The notes under the pieces are model-generated. The model saw only the letters and a program-made list of their open reading frames with translations, was not told the DNA's origin and made no database searches. A program made the translations under genes and the position numbers. Below are positions 48,356 to 60,415 of a DNA stretch of 64,000 nucleotides, piece by piece; position 1 is the stretch's first letter; every line of letters starts with the position of its first letter. The DNA is from Squalus acanthias (Eukaryota), in contig CM059431.1 of NCBI GenBank assembly GCA_030390025.1, positions 139,564,001 through 139,628,000 of the forward strand, read 5' to 3'.

Positions 48356-51241
48356 CTCTTTCTCTCTCCACGGATGCTGCCTGGCCTGCTGAGTTTTTCC
48401 AGCGTTTTCTGTTGTTATTTCGGATTTCCAGCATCCGCAGTATTTTGCTATCGTATTAGTGTTTGGTTCACTGCCACCTCTCTTCTTGGAATGCCTACCT
48501 TGAAGAAGTTCTGCTCTTCTCTTCGACGGGATTTCCGTTTGGCTCTTCAACCTTGTTCATCTTCATTGATTTCAGTTTCCCTTCTCGTGTTTGATCAGGT
48601 ATCTGCCAAGACTCGGTTTCACAGCCACATTACTTTCCTCAGCAACTGTCTCCGATTCCGACTTATCCCACATGGATTCCAACTAAACTTCCACCCTTCG
48701 TGTTTCGGATCCACCCAGGATTACAAATATCTCCAAGATATTCATCGTTCCTCGAACTACTGCTCTCGCCGCATCTTGAGATCCACGCTCAACGCCATGC
48801 GGCGCCACATGAACACTCTCGACATCTCTCTTCAGCAGCACCGACGCACTCTATCTCAAAGCTGTCCGGGTCCACAGTTCCATTTCATCCTTAGACTCAT
48901 CCGACGCTTCAACAAAAAACTTTTCTTCTTCCTTTCCGATGTCAAGGATCGCAAGCTTCAACAACTCTTGGACACTAAAGCCCCTCCGGAACCTTCTTCC
49001 CCTTCACTTTCCTCTGACCCCCCTTCTCCCAATCTCACCCCCTGCCGCGTTTTCACTATCCCCTCTGACCTTCCCCTCTCTGACTCCGAACGATCAGTCC
49101 TCAGCAAAGGCCTGAGCTTCATCCCCTTACGCCCCCATCTCAATGAATTTCGAGCTCGGCACGATGCTGAGCTCTTTTTCCGCCACCTCCGTCTCCGTGC
49201 CCACTTCTCTGGCCAGGAGTCTTCCCCCCGCACGGCTGACCCTTTCTCCCGCTTTCAGAATTCTCGTTCCACCTGGACCCCTCCCTCTGGCCTCTTACCC
49301 TCTCTTGATCTTTTCATTGCTAACTGCCGCCGTGACATCGGCCAGCTCAATTTCTCTGCTCCCCTCACTCACTCCAACCTACCTCCCTCTGAACTTGCAG
49401 CACTCCATTCTCTCCGATCCAACCCTGACATTGTCATTAAACCTGCTGACAAGGGTGGCGCTGTTGTTGTTTGGCGAACCGACCTCTACCTAGCGGAAGT
49501 TGAACGCCAACTCTCTGACACCTCCTCCTACCTCCACCTGGACCATGACCCCACTACCGAACATCAAGCCACCGTGTCCAAGACTGTCACTGACCTCATC
49601 TCCTCTGGAGATCTTCCCCCCACGGCCGCCAACCTCATAGTTCCCCAACCCCGCACAGCCCGCTTCTACCTCCTTCCCAAGATCCACAAACAGGACTGCC
49701 CCGGTAGACCCATCGTTTCAGCCTGTTCTTGCCCCACGGAACTTATCTCTTCCTATCTCGACTCTATTTTTTCTCCCCTTGTCCAGTCTCTTCCCACCTA
49801 CATCCGCGACTCTTCCGACGCCCTCCGCCATTTTAACAGTTTCCAGTTTCCCGGCCCCAACCGTCTCCTCTTCACTATGGACGTACAATCCCTCTACACC
49901 TCCATTCCCCACCAGGATGGCCTGAGGGCGCTCCGCTTCTTCCTTGAACAGAGGCCCAACCAGTCCCCATCCACGACCACCCTCCTCCGCCTGGCTGAAC
50001 TTGTTCTCACATTGAACAACTTCTCCTTTGACTCTACCCATTTCCTCCAAATTAAAGGTGTTGCTTTGGGTACCCGCATGGGTCCTAGCTATGCCTGCCT
50101 TTTCGTGGGATATGTGGAACACTCTTTGTTCCAGTCCTACTCGGGTCCCCTCCCTCACCTCTTTTTCCGGTACATTGATGACTGTATTGGTGCCGTCTCC
50201 TGCTCTCGCCCTGAACTAGAACATTTCATTCACTATGCTTCCAATTTCCACCCTTCCCTCACCTTCACATGGTCCATCTCCGACTCTTCCCTTCCCTTCC
50301 TCGACTTCTCCATCTCCATCTCTGGGGATAGGTTATTGACTAACATTCACTACAAGCCCACCGACTCCCACAGCTACCTGGACTACACTTCCTCCCACCC
50401 CGCCTCCTGTAACGACTCTATTCCATTCTCCCAGTTTCTCCGTCTCCGCCGCATCTGCTCTGATGATGCCACCTTCCATACCAGTGCTTCTGACATGTCT
50501 TCCTTTTTCCTCAACCGAGGATTCCCCTCTACCGTGGTCGACACGGCCCTCGACCGTGTCCGTTCTATCTCCCGCACTTCTGCCCTCACCCCTGCCCCTC
50601 CCTCCCAGAACCACGATAGGGTTCCCCTTGTCCTCACCTTTCACCCCACCAGCCTCCACATTCAACGAATCATCCTCCGCCATTTCCGCCACCTCCAGCG
50701 TGATCCCACCACCAAACACATCATCCCCTCACCTCCACTTTCAGCATTCCGTAGGGACCGCTCCCTCCGCGACACCCTAGTCTACTCCTCTACCACCCCC
50801 AGCACCCCTTCCCCTTCGCCCGGCACCTTCTCGTGCACGCGCAGGAGATGCAACACCTGCCCTTATACCTCCCCTCTTCCCACTGTCGAGGGCCCCAAAC
50901 ACCCCTTCCAGGTGAAACAGCGATTTACTTGTACTTCCTGCAATTTAGTATACTGTATTCGCTGCTCACGATGTGGACTCCTCTACATTGGGGAGACCAA
51001 ACGCAGATTGGGTGACCGCTTTGCGGAACACCTCTGTTCAGTCCGTAAGGGGGACCCCGAGCTCCCGGTGGCCTGTCACTTTAATTCACCGCTTCACTCC
51101 CACTCTGACCTCACCGTCCTCGGCCTATTACACTGTTCCACGGAAGCGCAGCGTAAGCTCGAGGAACAGCACCTCATCTTTCGTTTAGGCACGCATAAGC
51201 CCTCTGGACACAATATCGAGTTCAACAATTTTAGATCATAA
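48326..51241 (+). CDS. Penelope-like reverse transcriptase + GIY-YIG endonuclease (971-codon ORF; true start may be 48374 or 48491)
   Basis: KPADKGG, LPKIHK, GRPIVS, DVQSLYTSI, GVALG, RYIDD, FLDF, Cys-rich linker CTRRRCNTC, VYCIRC..C..LYIGET..RL..RF.EH. Confidence 0.96.
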   Translation: MKGHRPETLTLFLSPRMLPGLLSFSSVFCCYFGFPASAVFCYRISVWFTATSLLGMPTLKKFCSSLRRDFRLALQPCSSSLISVSLLVFDQVSAKTRFHSHITFLSNCLRFRLIPHGFQLNFHPSCFGSTQDYKYLQDIHRSSNYCSRRILRSTLNAMRRHMNTLDISLQQHRRTLSQSCPGPQFHFILRLIRRFNKKLFFFLSDVKDRKLQQLLDTKAPPEPSSPSLSSDPPSPNLTPCRVFTIPSDLPLSDSERSVLSKGLSFIPLRPHLNEFRARHDAELFFRHLRLRAHFSGQESSPRTADPFSRFQNSRSTWTPPSGLLPSLDLFIANCRRDIGQLNFSAPLTHSNLPPSELAALHSLRSNPDIVIKPADKGGAVVVWRTDLYLAEVERQLSDTSSYLHLDHDPTTEHQATVSKTVTDLISSGDLPPTAANLIVPQPRTARFYLLPKIHKQDCPGRPIVSACSCPTELISSYLDSIFSPLVQSLPTYIRDSSDALRHFNSFQFPGPNRLLFTMDVQSLYTSIPHQDGLRALRFFLEQRPNQSPSTTTLLRLAELVLTLNNFSFDSTHFLQIKGVALGTRMGPSYACLFVGYVEHSLFQSYSGPLPHLFFRYIDDCIGAVSCSRPELEHFIHYASNFHPSLTFTWSISDSSLPFLDFSISISGDRLLTNIHYKPTDSHSYLDYTSSHPASCNDSIPFSQFLRLRRICSDDATFHTSASDMSSFFLNRGFPSTVVDTALDRVRSISRTSALTPAPPSQNHDRVPLVLTFHPTSLHIQRIILRHFRHLQRDPTTKHIIPSPPLSAFRRDRSLRDTLVYSSTTPSTPSPSPGTFSCTRRRCNTCPYTSPLPTVEGPKHPFQVKQRFTCTSCNLVYCIRCSRCGLLYIGETKRRLGDRFAEHLCSVRKGDPELPVACHFNSPLHSHSDLTVLGLLHCSTEAQRKLEEQHLIFRLGTHKPSGHNIEFNNFRS

Positions 51242-51510
51242 CCTCAGCTCCAATCACATTTATATTTTATTTTTATTTGTCCCCCCCCAACCTTTTTTTT
51301 TTCCTCCTAGAAGCTGGCAGCTGTCCTTCATTCTGCCAGTGGATTTCACACTTCTTTCAGCCTTAATCTGTCACATTAACACCACCTCTAGCCTTGCATA
51401 TCTCTTAATTTCTCTTAATGTCTCTTCATCTCCCCCTTTGTTCCTTTATCCCCTCCCCCTTTTCCCAGCTTTACCCTGGCCTTAAATCTATTTGATTTCC
51501 GGCTCTTCCC

Positions 51511-51547
51511 AGTTCTGATGAAAGGTCATCGACCTGAAACGTTAACT
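51511..51547 (+). ncRNA. Minimal type I hammerhead ribozyme, 3' repeat
   Basis: Identical to 48319-48355. Confidence 0.85.
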
Positions 51548-52569
51548 CTCTTTCTCTCTCCACGGATGCTGCCTGGCCTGCTGAGTTTTTCCAGCGTTTT
51601 CTGTTGTTACTTTAAAATAATGTTGTTATTTGCATTTACTAATTTTTTCATGGGGACGCTGAATACATTTAATCTGAATTAGCGACCTGGTCACACTGGT
51701 TAAGCTGTGTAAGAATTCATAATATCCTAAATAATGGGGCAAGTTAGCTCAACGATCTGTACAATGAAATAGCCAGGTATTGAGTTGAAACAATCCTCTG
51801 CCTGTGTTTGCACACAGGCAATAATATGTAATACCCCCTGCCGTTTACCAAGTATCCCCAGTGCAAGGCGGTGTATTGGGAGTTCCGCCCGCCCCCACTG
51901 GGGACCTGGGTTTGAGAGCTTTGCTCGGTGAAAAGACATCAAATGAAAACTTGAGCCAATTAACTAACATTTTTTCCATCCTCCTGTTGTGCCTCAGTTG
52001 AAGCTGTTTTCCAATATAAGCAGTGGTGTTTGGGTTAGTGATTGGAAGATGTGGAGGACGGAGTGCCCCTGGGATTGGTGAAATCCACCGTTCACACTGC
52101 AGGATGTGTAAGATCAGCAGAGGAGATGTCGCGGACTGCTGCCAGTGGTTTAATCTTCAATATACCCGGTTAAACATAGAATACAGCCAGCGCAGTGTCC
52201 ACTCGATCTTTACACGCCTGCTGTGATTGATGGGCACCGCATATATTGGGTACACTGTTAGTTGAAATTTCATTAATAAATCATTGGCTTCAATGTGTTT
52301 TATTTTTGTCTTCCGGTTTGTATTTTTTTTGCGGTGTCTATCATCTACCGGGTGTTTGTAGTTCTCCTGATGGCGTTGTTTTCCGGGGCCGGAATTTCTG
52401 GACCGGAACACAAGAGAAGGGGATGGTCGGTGGTAGTTCAGGTTAGAGCTGTACCCTTGCCTGTCTCTAATGGGCTCGGCTCCACAAGTAAAACGATAAC
52501 TGAGCTCCGGGTTTGCTAACGTGTTCCTAATTGTTACAAGAGTCGGCCTTGCATGGTATCGCGAATCTT

Positions 52570-52970
52570 CCGGTGTCCTGGTCAATATTTATTCCTGAAC
52601 AAACATAATTACAACAGATCATTGGGGGTGCAATTCGACACGCAAGGCGTCGCAAACCAGACTACTCACATTTGCTGACCTATTTACGACAGGCCCCATA
52701 TTCAGTTCCAATGAAATCAATGGAACTGAATATCGGGCCAAGCGTATAACAGGCTCTCGAAATGATACCGATCGCTTCGTGTCCTCCGCCCATGCCCAAT
52801 TTTGTCCTATCTGCTCATTTGTCTTATTACTGTTTGTGGGACCTTGCTCTGCGCAAATTGTCTTAAGCATTTCCTGACATTACTGCAGTGACTACACCTT
52901 AAAATAACTTTTTAGCTGTGAGGCGCATTAGGCCGTCCTGAGGCCTTGAACGGCGTAATATAAATGCAAT
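52570..52970 (+). mobile_element. SacSINE1-like 3' half interrupted by a small MITE (~52624-52808)
   Basis: The SINE sequence breaks at CAGAT/TATCTG. The insert has GGGGGTGCAATT..AATTTTGTCC ends and a central hairpin at 52692-52739. Confidence 0.7.
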
Positions 52971-53915
52971 GGCTAGAAATTCGTCTTGGGCAGTAAGGCA
53001 ATATCACAGCAATATCAGTATATGCTCCTCATAACATTCAGTTCCAGAGCAGCGTATAATAGGGGAGAATGCGACGCCGCCAGTTTGGCCTCTCCTGCCA
53101 TGGGTAATTTTAATCCAAGTTCTTTATTTCCAGCTGTCAGAAATCGTGGATTGAAAGAAATAACAGTCTGTTACCGGTTCCCCAGATCAGCAGTTTGCCT
53201 AAATTGAGGACACAGAAAGATTCCTTTCATGACAGAAAAATAGCTGTACAGTGAGTTCAATTACGAGGTCAAAACACAAAACAGGCCTTCGAGTGAGTAC
53301 AACTAGGACTGTTAAGGGATTCAGCAAGGAGCTGTAGGATAAACAAGCTGTCTACAAGAGGGCAACAGGAACTTTAGAACTGAGATAAGGAGGGAAATTA
53401 CCTCATAAGGCTGGGAGGGGGCTGTCATAGGTAGCCTCTCCCTTGTAATTGGACCATAGGATGGGGAAAATGATTGTCAGCAGTAATCACCAGCCCGCCG
53501 AAATAACTATAAATATAGACGATCGAGAGAAGAATTCAGGCAGTTATGGGCGAAGGCGGTCCCGAGGTGGCTACGGCCTAACACCTTTGTCAAGTTTAGC
53601 CTCTGATGTGGCTGACAGGCTAACACATCCAACAGCTCGAGGGATGAACCAACGGAAGTGACCACTGCAGCAGACTGCAGGAATCCACCCAATCCGAGAC
53701 CACCGTACAGTCTCACCGTCTGTCCGGTTGTTTCGTTCCATTCCAGGGCCGTAGATCATCCTCCTCTGTCATGGGTTGTATGTCTAATATGCTTATCTTA
53801 ACTACATGTAATATTTGATTATGCTTTAAACTGTAGCGCTTTAATAAAAAGCCTGACAAACTCTTAAGCGCCTTTGGGTAATCTGCGTGTGTGACCTGTG
53901 ATCCAAATCTTACAG

Positions 53916-53933
53916 TGGTTTCAGAAGTGGGAT
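53916..53933 (+). other. Primer binding site, tRNA-Leu-like
   Basis: TGGTTTCAGAAGTGGGAT one base after the 5' LTR; one mismatch to the tRNA-Leu-complementary TGGTGTCAGAAGTGGGAT. Confidence 0.8.
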
Positions 53934-56469
53934 CACAGATTTGGGAGTTGTAAGGTTCAGGTTGAGGGGACTGGAGGGTATTGGTCAAACGCACGTGATC
54001 GTTGCTTCGACTGAGTATTTTTCTCTCTAAAAGAAGGGGGCGGGAAAGAGTGTGTTTTAAAGAAGAAACAGAAATACAATGGCGTTGGCATATCACCGGG
54101 AACAGTTGATAGATAGCCTGAAGGAGGTGTGCTTAAATTGCAGGAGAGAGAGGGGTTGAGGTAGAAAAGGAAAATAAATCTGAATTGCAGTCTCACCAAT
54201 CTGAAAACACAGCAAAGAAAGGGGAAAAAAAGGGATTTGGAAAGCCAGTAAAAGCTGCTGAGAAACCGATTTAAAAATGGGAGAAAAAAAGTGAAACTGA
54301 ATGTTTTACCGACAAAGAAGTTATTAACGTCTGTGCGATACAAATAAAACACAAGATTTGCTGAGTGAAAGGAAACTGAAAAAATGCTGAAATTTCAGTT
54401 TGTGTGAAAGTGTGTGTTAAAATGTGGAAGTTTTCCTGACTATGAATGTTTAATAAGTTACAATATTCCTTTTCTCTGAAAGTCTGTCTTTAAAATAAAA
54501 TGTGTCTGTTATGTGTGTTTAACTCCACCCACTTCTGTGTTAAAAGCCGTTTAACCCTTTTGTCTTGTCTTGGATTTTGGAAGTTTTAAGAATTTGCGAA
54601 TAAGATTGTGACCCCAGAATTGGCAAAAAAACTTTAAACTGCAATTTAATTTAAGCTGGTGTGGAAAAGCTGAGAAAAATAAAAAGTTTGTTTAACAAAA
54701 GATTAAGTTCCAGTCTAAGATTTAACCTTGGGTTTGCGGTAGCTATGTTGAAATTTTCCAAAGCTGTTTGATTTGATTTGTTTAAATGATAAAAACTACT
54801 TTTTCTTCAAGTTGTATTTAATGTTTTTTACAGTCAGTAGGAAAGGCATCAAAAGAAAGGACAATAAGAAATATGACGTACTTTACTGTTTTATCTGTTT
54901 TGTTCCTGTTTAGTTAATAAAATATTGATCTGAACTAAATTGGAATTATTAAGGGTAACTAAACTATTAAATTGTGAAAACACAACTGTCTTTTTCGATC
55001 GGGAAAGTTTTTCAAATTTACGTGAAATGACGCAGTTGCGTGTGCCTAATAATGTTTTGCTGCACCTTCTTAAAAACCTGCAAATGAGTTAAACCTTTTC
55101 TCTGACAGCTGTTTTACTTAAAAAAGCAACATATTTCGTATTGTTGAATGAAATTTAAAGATATTGATAATTAGTAAATTAAATTTTATTAATTTTATAT
55201 TAATATTTCCCCACAGTGACAGAAGGAAAATTATGGTTTGCTAAATTAACCCATTGGGGTCTTAAGCACAGCCACAATGGATTCTCTTCTCTCTTTTGTT
55301 ATATGGAAGTTACCTTGTAAACTAATTGAAGCACCTCTGTCTCTAATGTTAAAACACGGTGTAAACCACCTAGCCTTGGAATCACTTGTTTCTGAAATTG
55401 GAATTGACAAGATAAATTGATAGAAATGAAATTGAACATTGACAAAACCTGTCAGTTCAACAATACTGCTGTTTGGATTCAGGATAATTTTGAAATAACA
55501 AAATGGACTCAGGCACTATATATTGGGATAATTTTGAGAAAATAAAAAGTGTTAATAGCTTGGACCAAGTGAGAACGCTTGATCTATGTTTTCTATCTTA
55601 AATATTGTACTGGTCAGTAAAGTTCATGAGAGCTCATGAATGAGCTATGGATAGCAATTCATGGGATGTGTAAAATGGAGAGAGGAAGTGATTGAGGGTG
55701 TAAGATAGATGCAGGAAAATTACACTACCAAATGGGAATTTTCCAAACTTTGTAGTTAAACTCAGGAAAGTGTACCTACAATTAGTAAATTGATAGCATT
55801 CTCTTTGAGACATTTGAGTCCCTGCCTATAATGAACCTTTTAATAAAACTGAATTTGATAGTGCGGACATTACCCAAGACATCGGGACCATGCAGAGGAA
55901 GATGAGCAAAGATCTCCAGACGATTACAATCCATTGATGCCTGAAAGCCGGGGAATGGCTTGTATCGGATGGCACGTGTGGCAGAATATGGACTACCGAT
56001 TTGAGTGTGCAAATGTGATTTTTTACGGATGAAGCAGTTACCATCTGGAAAAGCGTGGTTAATTTGCACTGAAAAACGGGTCTCAGACATGCTCAACAGC
56101 AAGACATGAAATCGTTTACGTGGCTCAGGAGAGTGAGGCAACTTTTAAAACATTGACATGTACTCCATGGAGAAAATATCTAATTAATGAAACAATCAGA
56201 ATACAGTTAAACACACTGGTACCTTATAGAGGGATTGTAATTGAAATTGAAGTGGAGAGTTACATGGAATTGTGATTGGGACAATTGGGTTAAGGAGAAA
56301 TCATGTTTAGTAAGAATTATCCACAAGATGGATACGAGTAAGAGAGATCTAGAAAATTATTTAAGCCCATGATTTCTTGATTAGGTTTTAAACTGTAATG
56401 TCGCTTAAAATGAATGTAAGACTGAATTTAACTGTGACTGTAATAATTGTGCTTTGTAGCTAACAGAGT

Positions 56470-56943
56470 GTGGGAAAAACCAGTACAAATCCAGTATGAG
56501 GTGGTTTTGGTGGTGCCCCCAGTGTCACTACTACGGCAACTACCATACTTTACGGATCTAACAGGACCTGTCCCATCAAATAAAACGTTTTCCTCAATAT
56601 CAAAACCTATGCTCAATTGAAACTGACAGTAAATGAGATACTTAAGTATGAGCTGCACAATTATGTGGCACAATTCGGGTAATACATTTTCCTGTTGTCT
56701 GAGGGGTTCAGTGAGCTCGTGATGCGACTGAACTCCTCCCTGAAGCATTTTTATGTTTTGGAGCAAGACAACTAGAGAATAGATATTGACATTGATAGAA
56801 TAACGGACAACTCACACTGGTGGGATATTGGACTTAATACATCAGCACACCCTTAGGTTCGTATTATTTCACACGCTCTGATAGTTCTCCAACTTGTAAT
56901 GATAGTGTATTTGATATATATAACCTGTGTAGTAAGACATTGA
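56470..56943 (+). pseudogene. env: env C-terminal remnant homologous to the env at 36125-38201
   Basis: By-eye translation LKYELHNYVAQFG*...DIDRITDNSHWWDIGLNTSAHP*VRIISHALIVLQLVMIVYLIYITC is colinear with IKYGLWNYINTFGY...DIDAIKVTTWVDGI*VWGLNIQIHPWIRLISHVLVVVQLIVVLTLLCMTC. Confidence 0.85.
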
Positions 56944-57302
56944 TATATAAGTCAATTGTGTACTCATGCCTATGACTAAACAGCGCCAAAAAAATAATTG
57001 AGCAAACTGAAAGAGAAGATCTGAAGCAACATAGAGGAGACCCCAGTCGGGGTATGATCAGGAAAGCTAGAAGAAACAGAGGATACCCCAGGCGAGGCAG
57101 AATTGGAACTCCGGAACTGGGAATTGAATTTGAGTAAGGGGTCAGACGTTGCCCTCCCACTCAAAACAATGGACTGTAAGGAAGGGGAAAATCTTCATTT
57201 TCTTGAGTCCCTATTAACTAACGCCCAATACAGAGATCAATAAAAACTAGCTAGATTATTCAAGAGTCGAATATAAGAAGTCAATAAGAATATTTCCTTC
57301 TC

Positions 57303-57314
57303 AAGGTGGGGAGA
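57303..57314 (+). other. Polypurine tract
   Basis: AAGGTGGGGAGA immediately before the TG of the 3' LTR. Confidence 0.8.
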
Positions 57315-60300
57315 TGTAAGGAATCGTGGATTGAAATAAATAATAGTCTGTTACGGGATCCCTATATCAGTAGTTTGCCTAAGTTGATGAAGTAGAAGGA
57401 TTCCAGTCATGTCCGAAAAATAGCTGTACAGAGAGTTGAATTACGAGGTCAGATCACAAAAACAGGCCTTCGAGTGGGCATAACTAGGCCTGTTAGGGAA
57501 TGCCGCAAGGAGCTGTAGGATAAATACGCTGTCTACAAGAGGGCAACAAGACCTTTAGAAAAGAGATAAGGAGGAAAATGAACTAATGAGGCTGGGAGGG
57601 GTCTGTCATAGGTGGCCTCTACCTTGTTATTGGACAATAGGATGGTGGAAAATGATTGACACCAGTTAATCACCAGCCCGCTGAAATAACTATAAATATA
57701 GACGACCGAGAGAGGAACTCAGGCAGTTCGGGGTGAAGGCTTCCCCGAGGTGGCTACGGCCTAACACCTCCAACAGCTCGAGGGACGACCCAACGGAAGT
57801 GACCGCTGCAGCAGATTGAAGGAATCCACCCAATCCGAGACCACCGTACTGCCTCACCGTCTGTCCGGTTGTTTCGTTCCATTTCAGGGCCGTAGAGCGC
57901 CCTCCTCAGTCACGGGTTGTATGTCTATTATACTTATCTTAACCACATGTAATATCTGATTATGCTTTAAACTGTAGCTCTTTAATAAAAAGACTTACAA
58001 ACTCCTAAAAACCTTTGGGTAATCTGTATGTGACCTGTGATCCGAATCTTACACAGCCAATCCTCCAGAACTAGTTGTAAGGAGCATTTCAGCGACCCCA
58101 ATTTAAGCTGTTTGAAACTCAAGTTGTAAAGTTAGTTATCGATCCATTTGGGGTTAATGGAATCTGAATATTCTGAAACGAAGGTCACTTTCAATTCCGG
58201 CCTGGGCGTCAGTCATACACCCCGCCGAATTGCATTTTCCATTAACTATAATGATATAGACAATTGGGCGGTGTGTAAATTCCGCCAGTTTCCACCACAC
58301 TGAAGTTGGAATGTTCACATGAACCTATGGCTTAATCGGCAGAATTAACTAGAGCGGAGAAATGTTCAGTACCTATGGAATGAGTGTCTTCTTTCACAAT
58401 TCCTTTTGAATAAAATACCGATACTGGTGAAGCAGACACCAATTGCTCGATGCGTCTGTGATGTCAGAGTCAGTTGGACAGTGACAGTCTTTAGATTTCC
58501 GGTAATGTTTAGTTCTGTAGCTGAAATCTACTCGTTCATAATTGTTTCAGCCAAAGTAATATATTGATCAGTTTGCTGTAAGCATATTACATATTCAGGT
58601 AAGAGAAAACCATGAATTACACTTCAATAGTCCGGGTGCAACTCACGCGAAGTTCTTCATCGTATATTTGCCAGACGGAACACGATGATCGCGTTGGATG
58701 TGTTTGTATCACAGTGCAGAGAGTTCTGTGGTTGTAGACTGTTAGTGGATGATTACAGAGCTCCATCCTGAGTCTGACGGCCATCCTTAATATCGGAATC
58801 TGCCTCTTGTTCCACACAGATCTAAGCAGATCTTTACCTCGGCCGGATTTTAAATACATTTTGCGTTATAATAAAAGGTACAAATCAAAGCAGAGCGATG
58901 ATGTCCACAAGTCCAGTGACCGCTAAAGATAATTAAACAGGACACATAAATATTAGCGATTTATTTGTTATCCATGAGCTTCAAAAGTAAAATAAAACTG
59001 CTGAGCAAACAAAGTGCAAAGAGTGAAAGATGCAGGAGCTCTTGAATATAACTGGTAACACGTCACAGAATCGGCTGAGCGCTGCACCCATTGGCTGTTA
59101 GTGCCTGAAGTGTGACGAACCAGATCCACTTTTGAAACGCGCCTGCGTCATCGGGAATCACCAACTCCAGACTGCGGCGCCCTTCACGATGGGCCCCAGG
59201 AAGTGAGACCGCGGTCTGATTGTTTTAGAACAGGAAATGATGCTGCCGAACAATGTCTGTGTCAGAATGCTTCGGCTTTCTCAGGAACCCCAGTCCCGGA
59301 ATTCTGCCGCACAACCAAGTTATGGGGTTAATACCCAACTGCAAGCCCGTCAGCCACACAATATCAATTCACTCTACAACTTTTCAAGCAAAGAACACGA
59401 GAATTGGAACAAATGTCAATGCAAATCGGAAATTAAGTCTGTTCCGAGCAACATCCCTGTGCAGTAACATCTAAAGCTCCATAATACACACTAGAATTTA
59501 TTTTACTTTATTGTCTTTTGTTTTAATTTAATGTATCGTGTTTTATCTTCAGACTTACTTTAAGCTGCCATCGTGACTTTTTGACTCTGTTTAATTTAGA
59601 TGTAACAATTTACATTAATAACAACAGTCTCATTGTTCGTAGCGAGTTGCATAGCAGGGTGTAAGTTTAGCAAATGTTCCTATAAGGAAGGGGAAAAACT
59701 GATTGTGGGAAGCACATCTGGGATCTTTAAGTAAATTTGGGAGATGTGGGTTCACAGTGAAGAGCTCGGACTGAATAGAAAGACACAAATTGAAGTGAGC
59801 CTCCCTCGAGGCCTATTCCTGCAATAACCATTAACAGTGAAGTAAGTGAGAAAGAGTTTCTACTTCCTATAAGAGAAAGTTTAATGAATCGGAAAAGCAT
59901 ATCAGTGTTTTTATTTAAGGTTAGTGGATCAAATGAAGCGCATCCATCGCTATATTCAAACATGATAGTACATTACTAAAGGTAATACATTCCTTAAAAT
60001 TGACATTATACTAGAACAGAGACGAAACATTCGCAGAACATCAGCAAGTGCCTGTGAGAAATGCCTCCGGCAGTTTCACCGCGAACCTTGCTTCTCTCTC
60101 TCTGGAGCAGGTTGTTATGTTCCGCTGCATTTTCAAAATGCTTTGTCAAGTAGCTGATTCCCAGAATTCACCAGTTCAGGTTGGGTATCTCTCACGGGTG
60201 GAATGAAAGTCTCAGGTTGCAGCAGTGTCTCAGTGTGTGTGAATACCAACTCTGTAACGCAGCATAACCCCGCCCACTTCTCCTGTTCCGTCCAGTAAAA

Positions 60301-60415
60301 TACACGACAGAACGGCGCGTCAGACAAGCAGGGAACTGCCGCTCTCTGTGAATGGCCATGCTGTCCATCAGAAATAAAATAATTATTTTAAAGACACATT
60401 CCAATATCCGAGTAC

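Larger units (their letters stand above)
48138..51607 (+). mobile_element. Penelope-like element (Neptune-type), apparently intact
   Basis: 279-bp direct terminal repeats at 48139-48417 and 51331-51609 with two mismatches seen. TSD TACTTTAAAATA at 48126-48137 and 51608-51619. Confidence 0.96.
53135..58053 (+). mobile_element. Two-LTR non-autonomous proviral element with an env remnant and no recognisable gag/pol
   Basis: LTRs 53135-53914 and 57315-58053 (TG..CA), TSD CAGC at 53131-53134 and 58054-58057, PBS and PPT present. Confidence 0.92.

Noticed and set aside
48350..50719. Antisense ORFs within the Penelope element
   Set aside because: They are expected from the strong C/T skew of the sense strand, and are short and low-complexity.
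58216..58276. miRNA-like hairpins here and at 52692-52739
   Set aside because: They are better explained as central palindromes of small MITEs.
58560..60410. Genes or promoters in the unique-looking stretch (ORFs 58617-58859, 59237-59467)
   Set aside because: There are scattered CCAAT/ETS/GC-like words and short ORFs with no recognisable domain or consistent exon chain.
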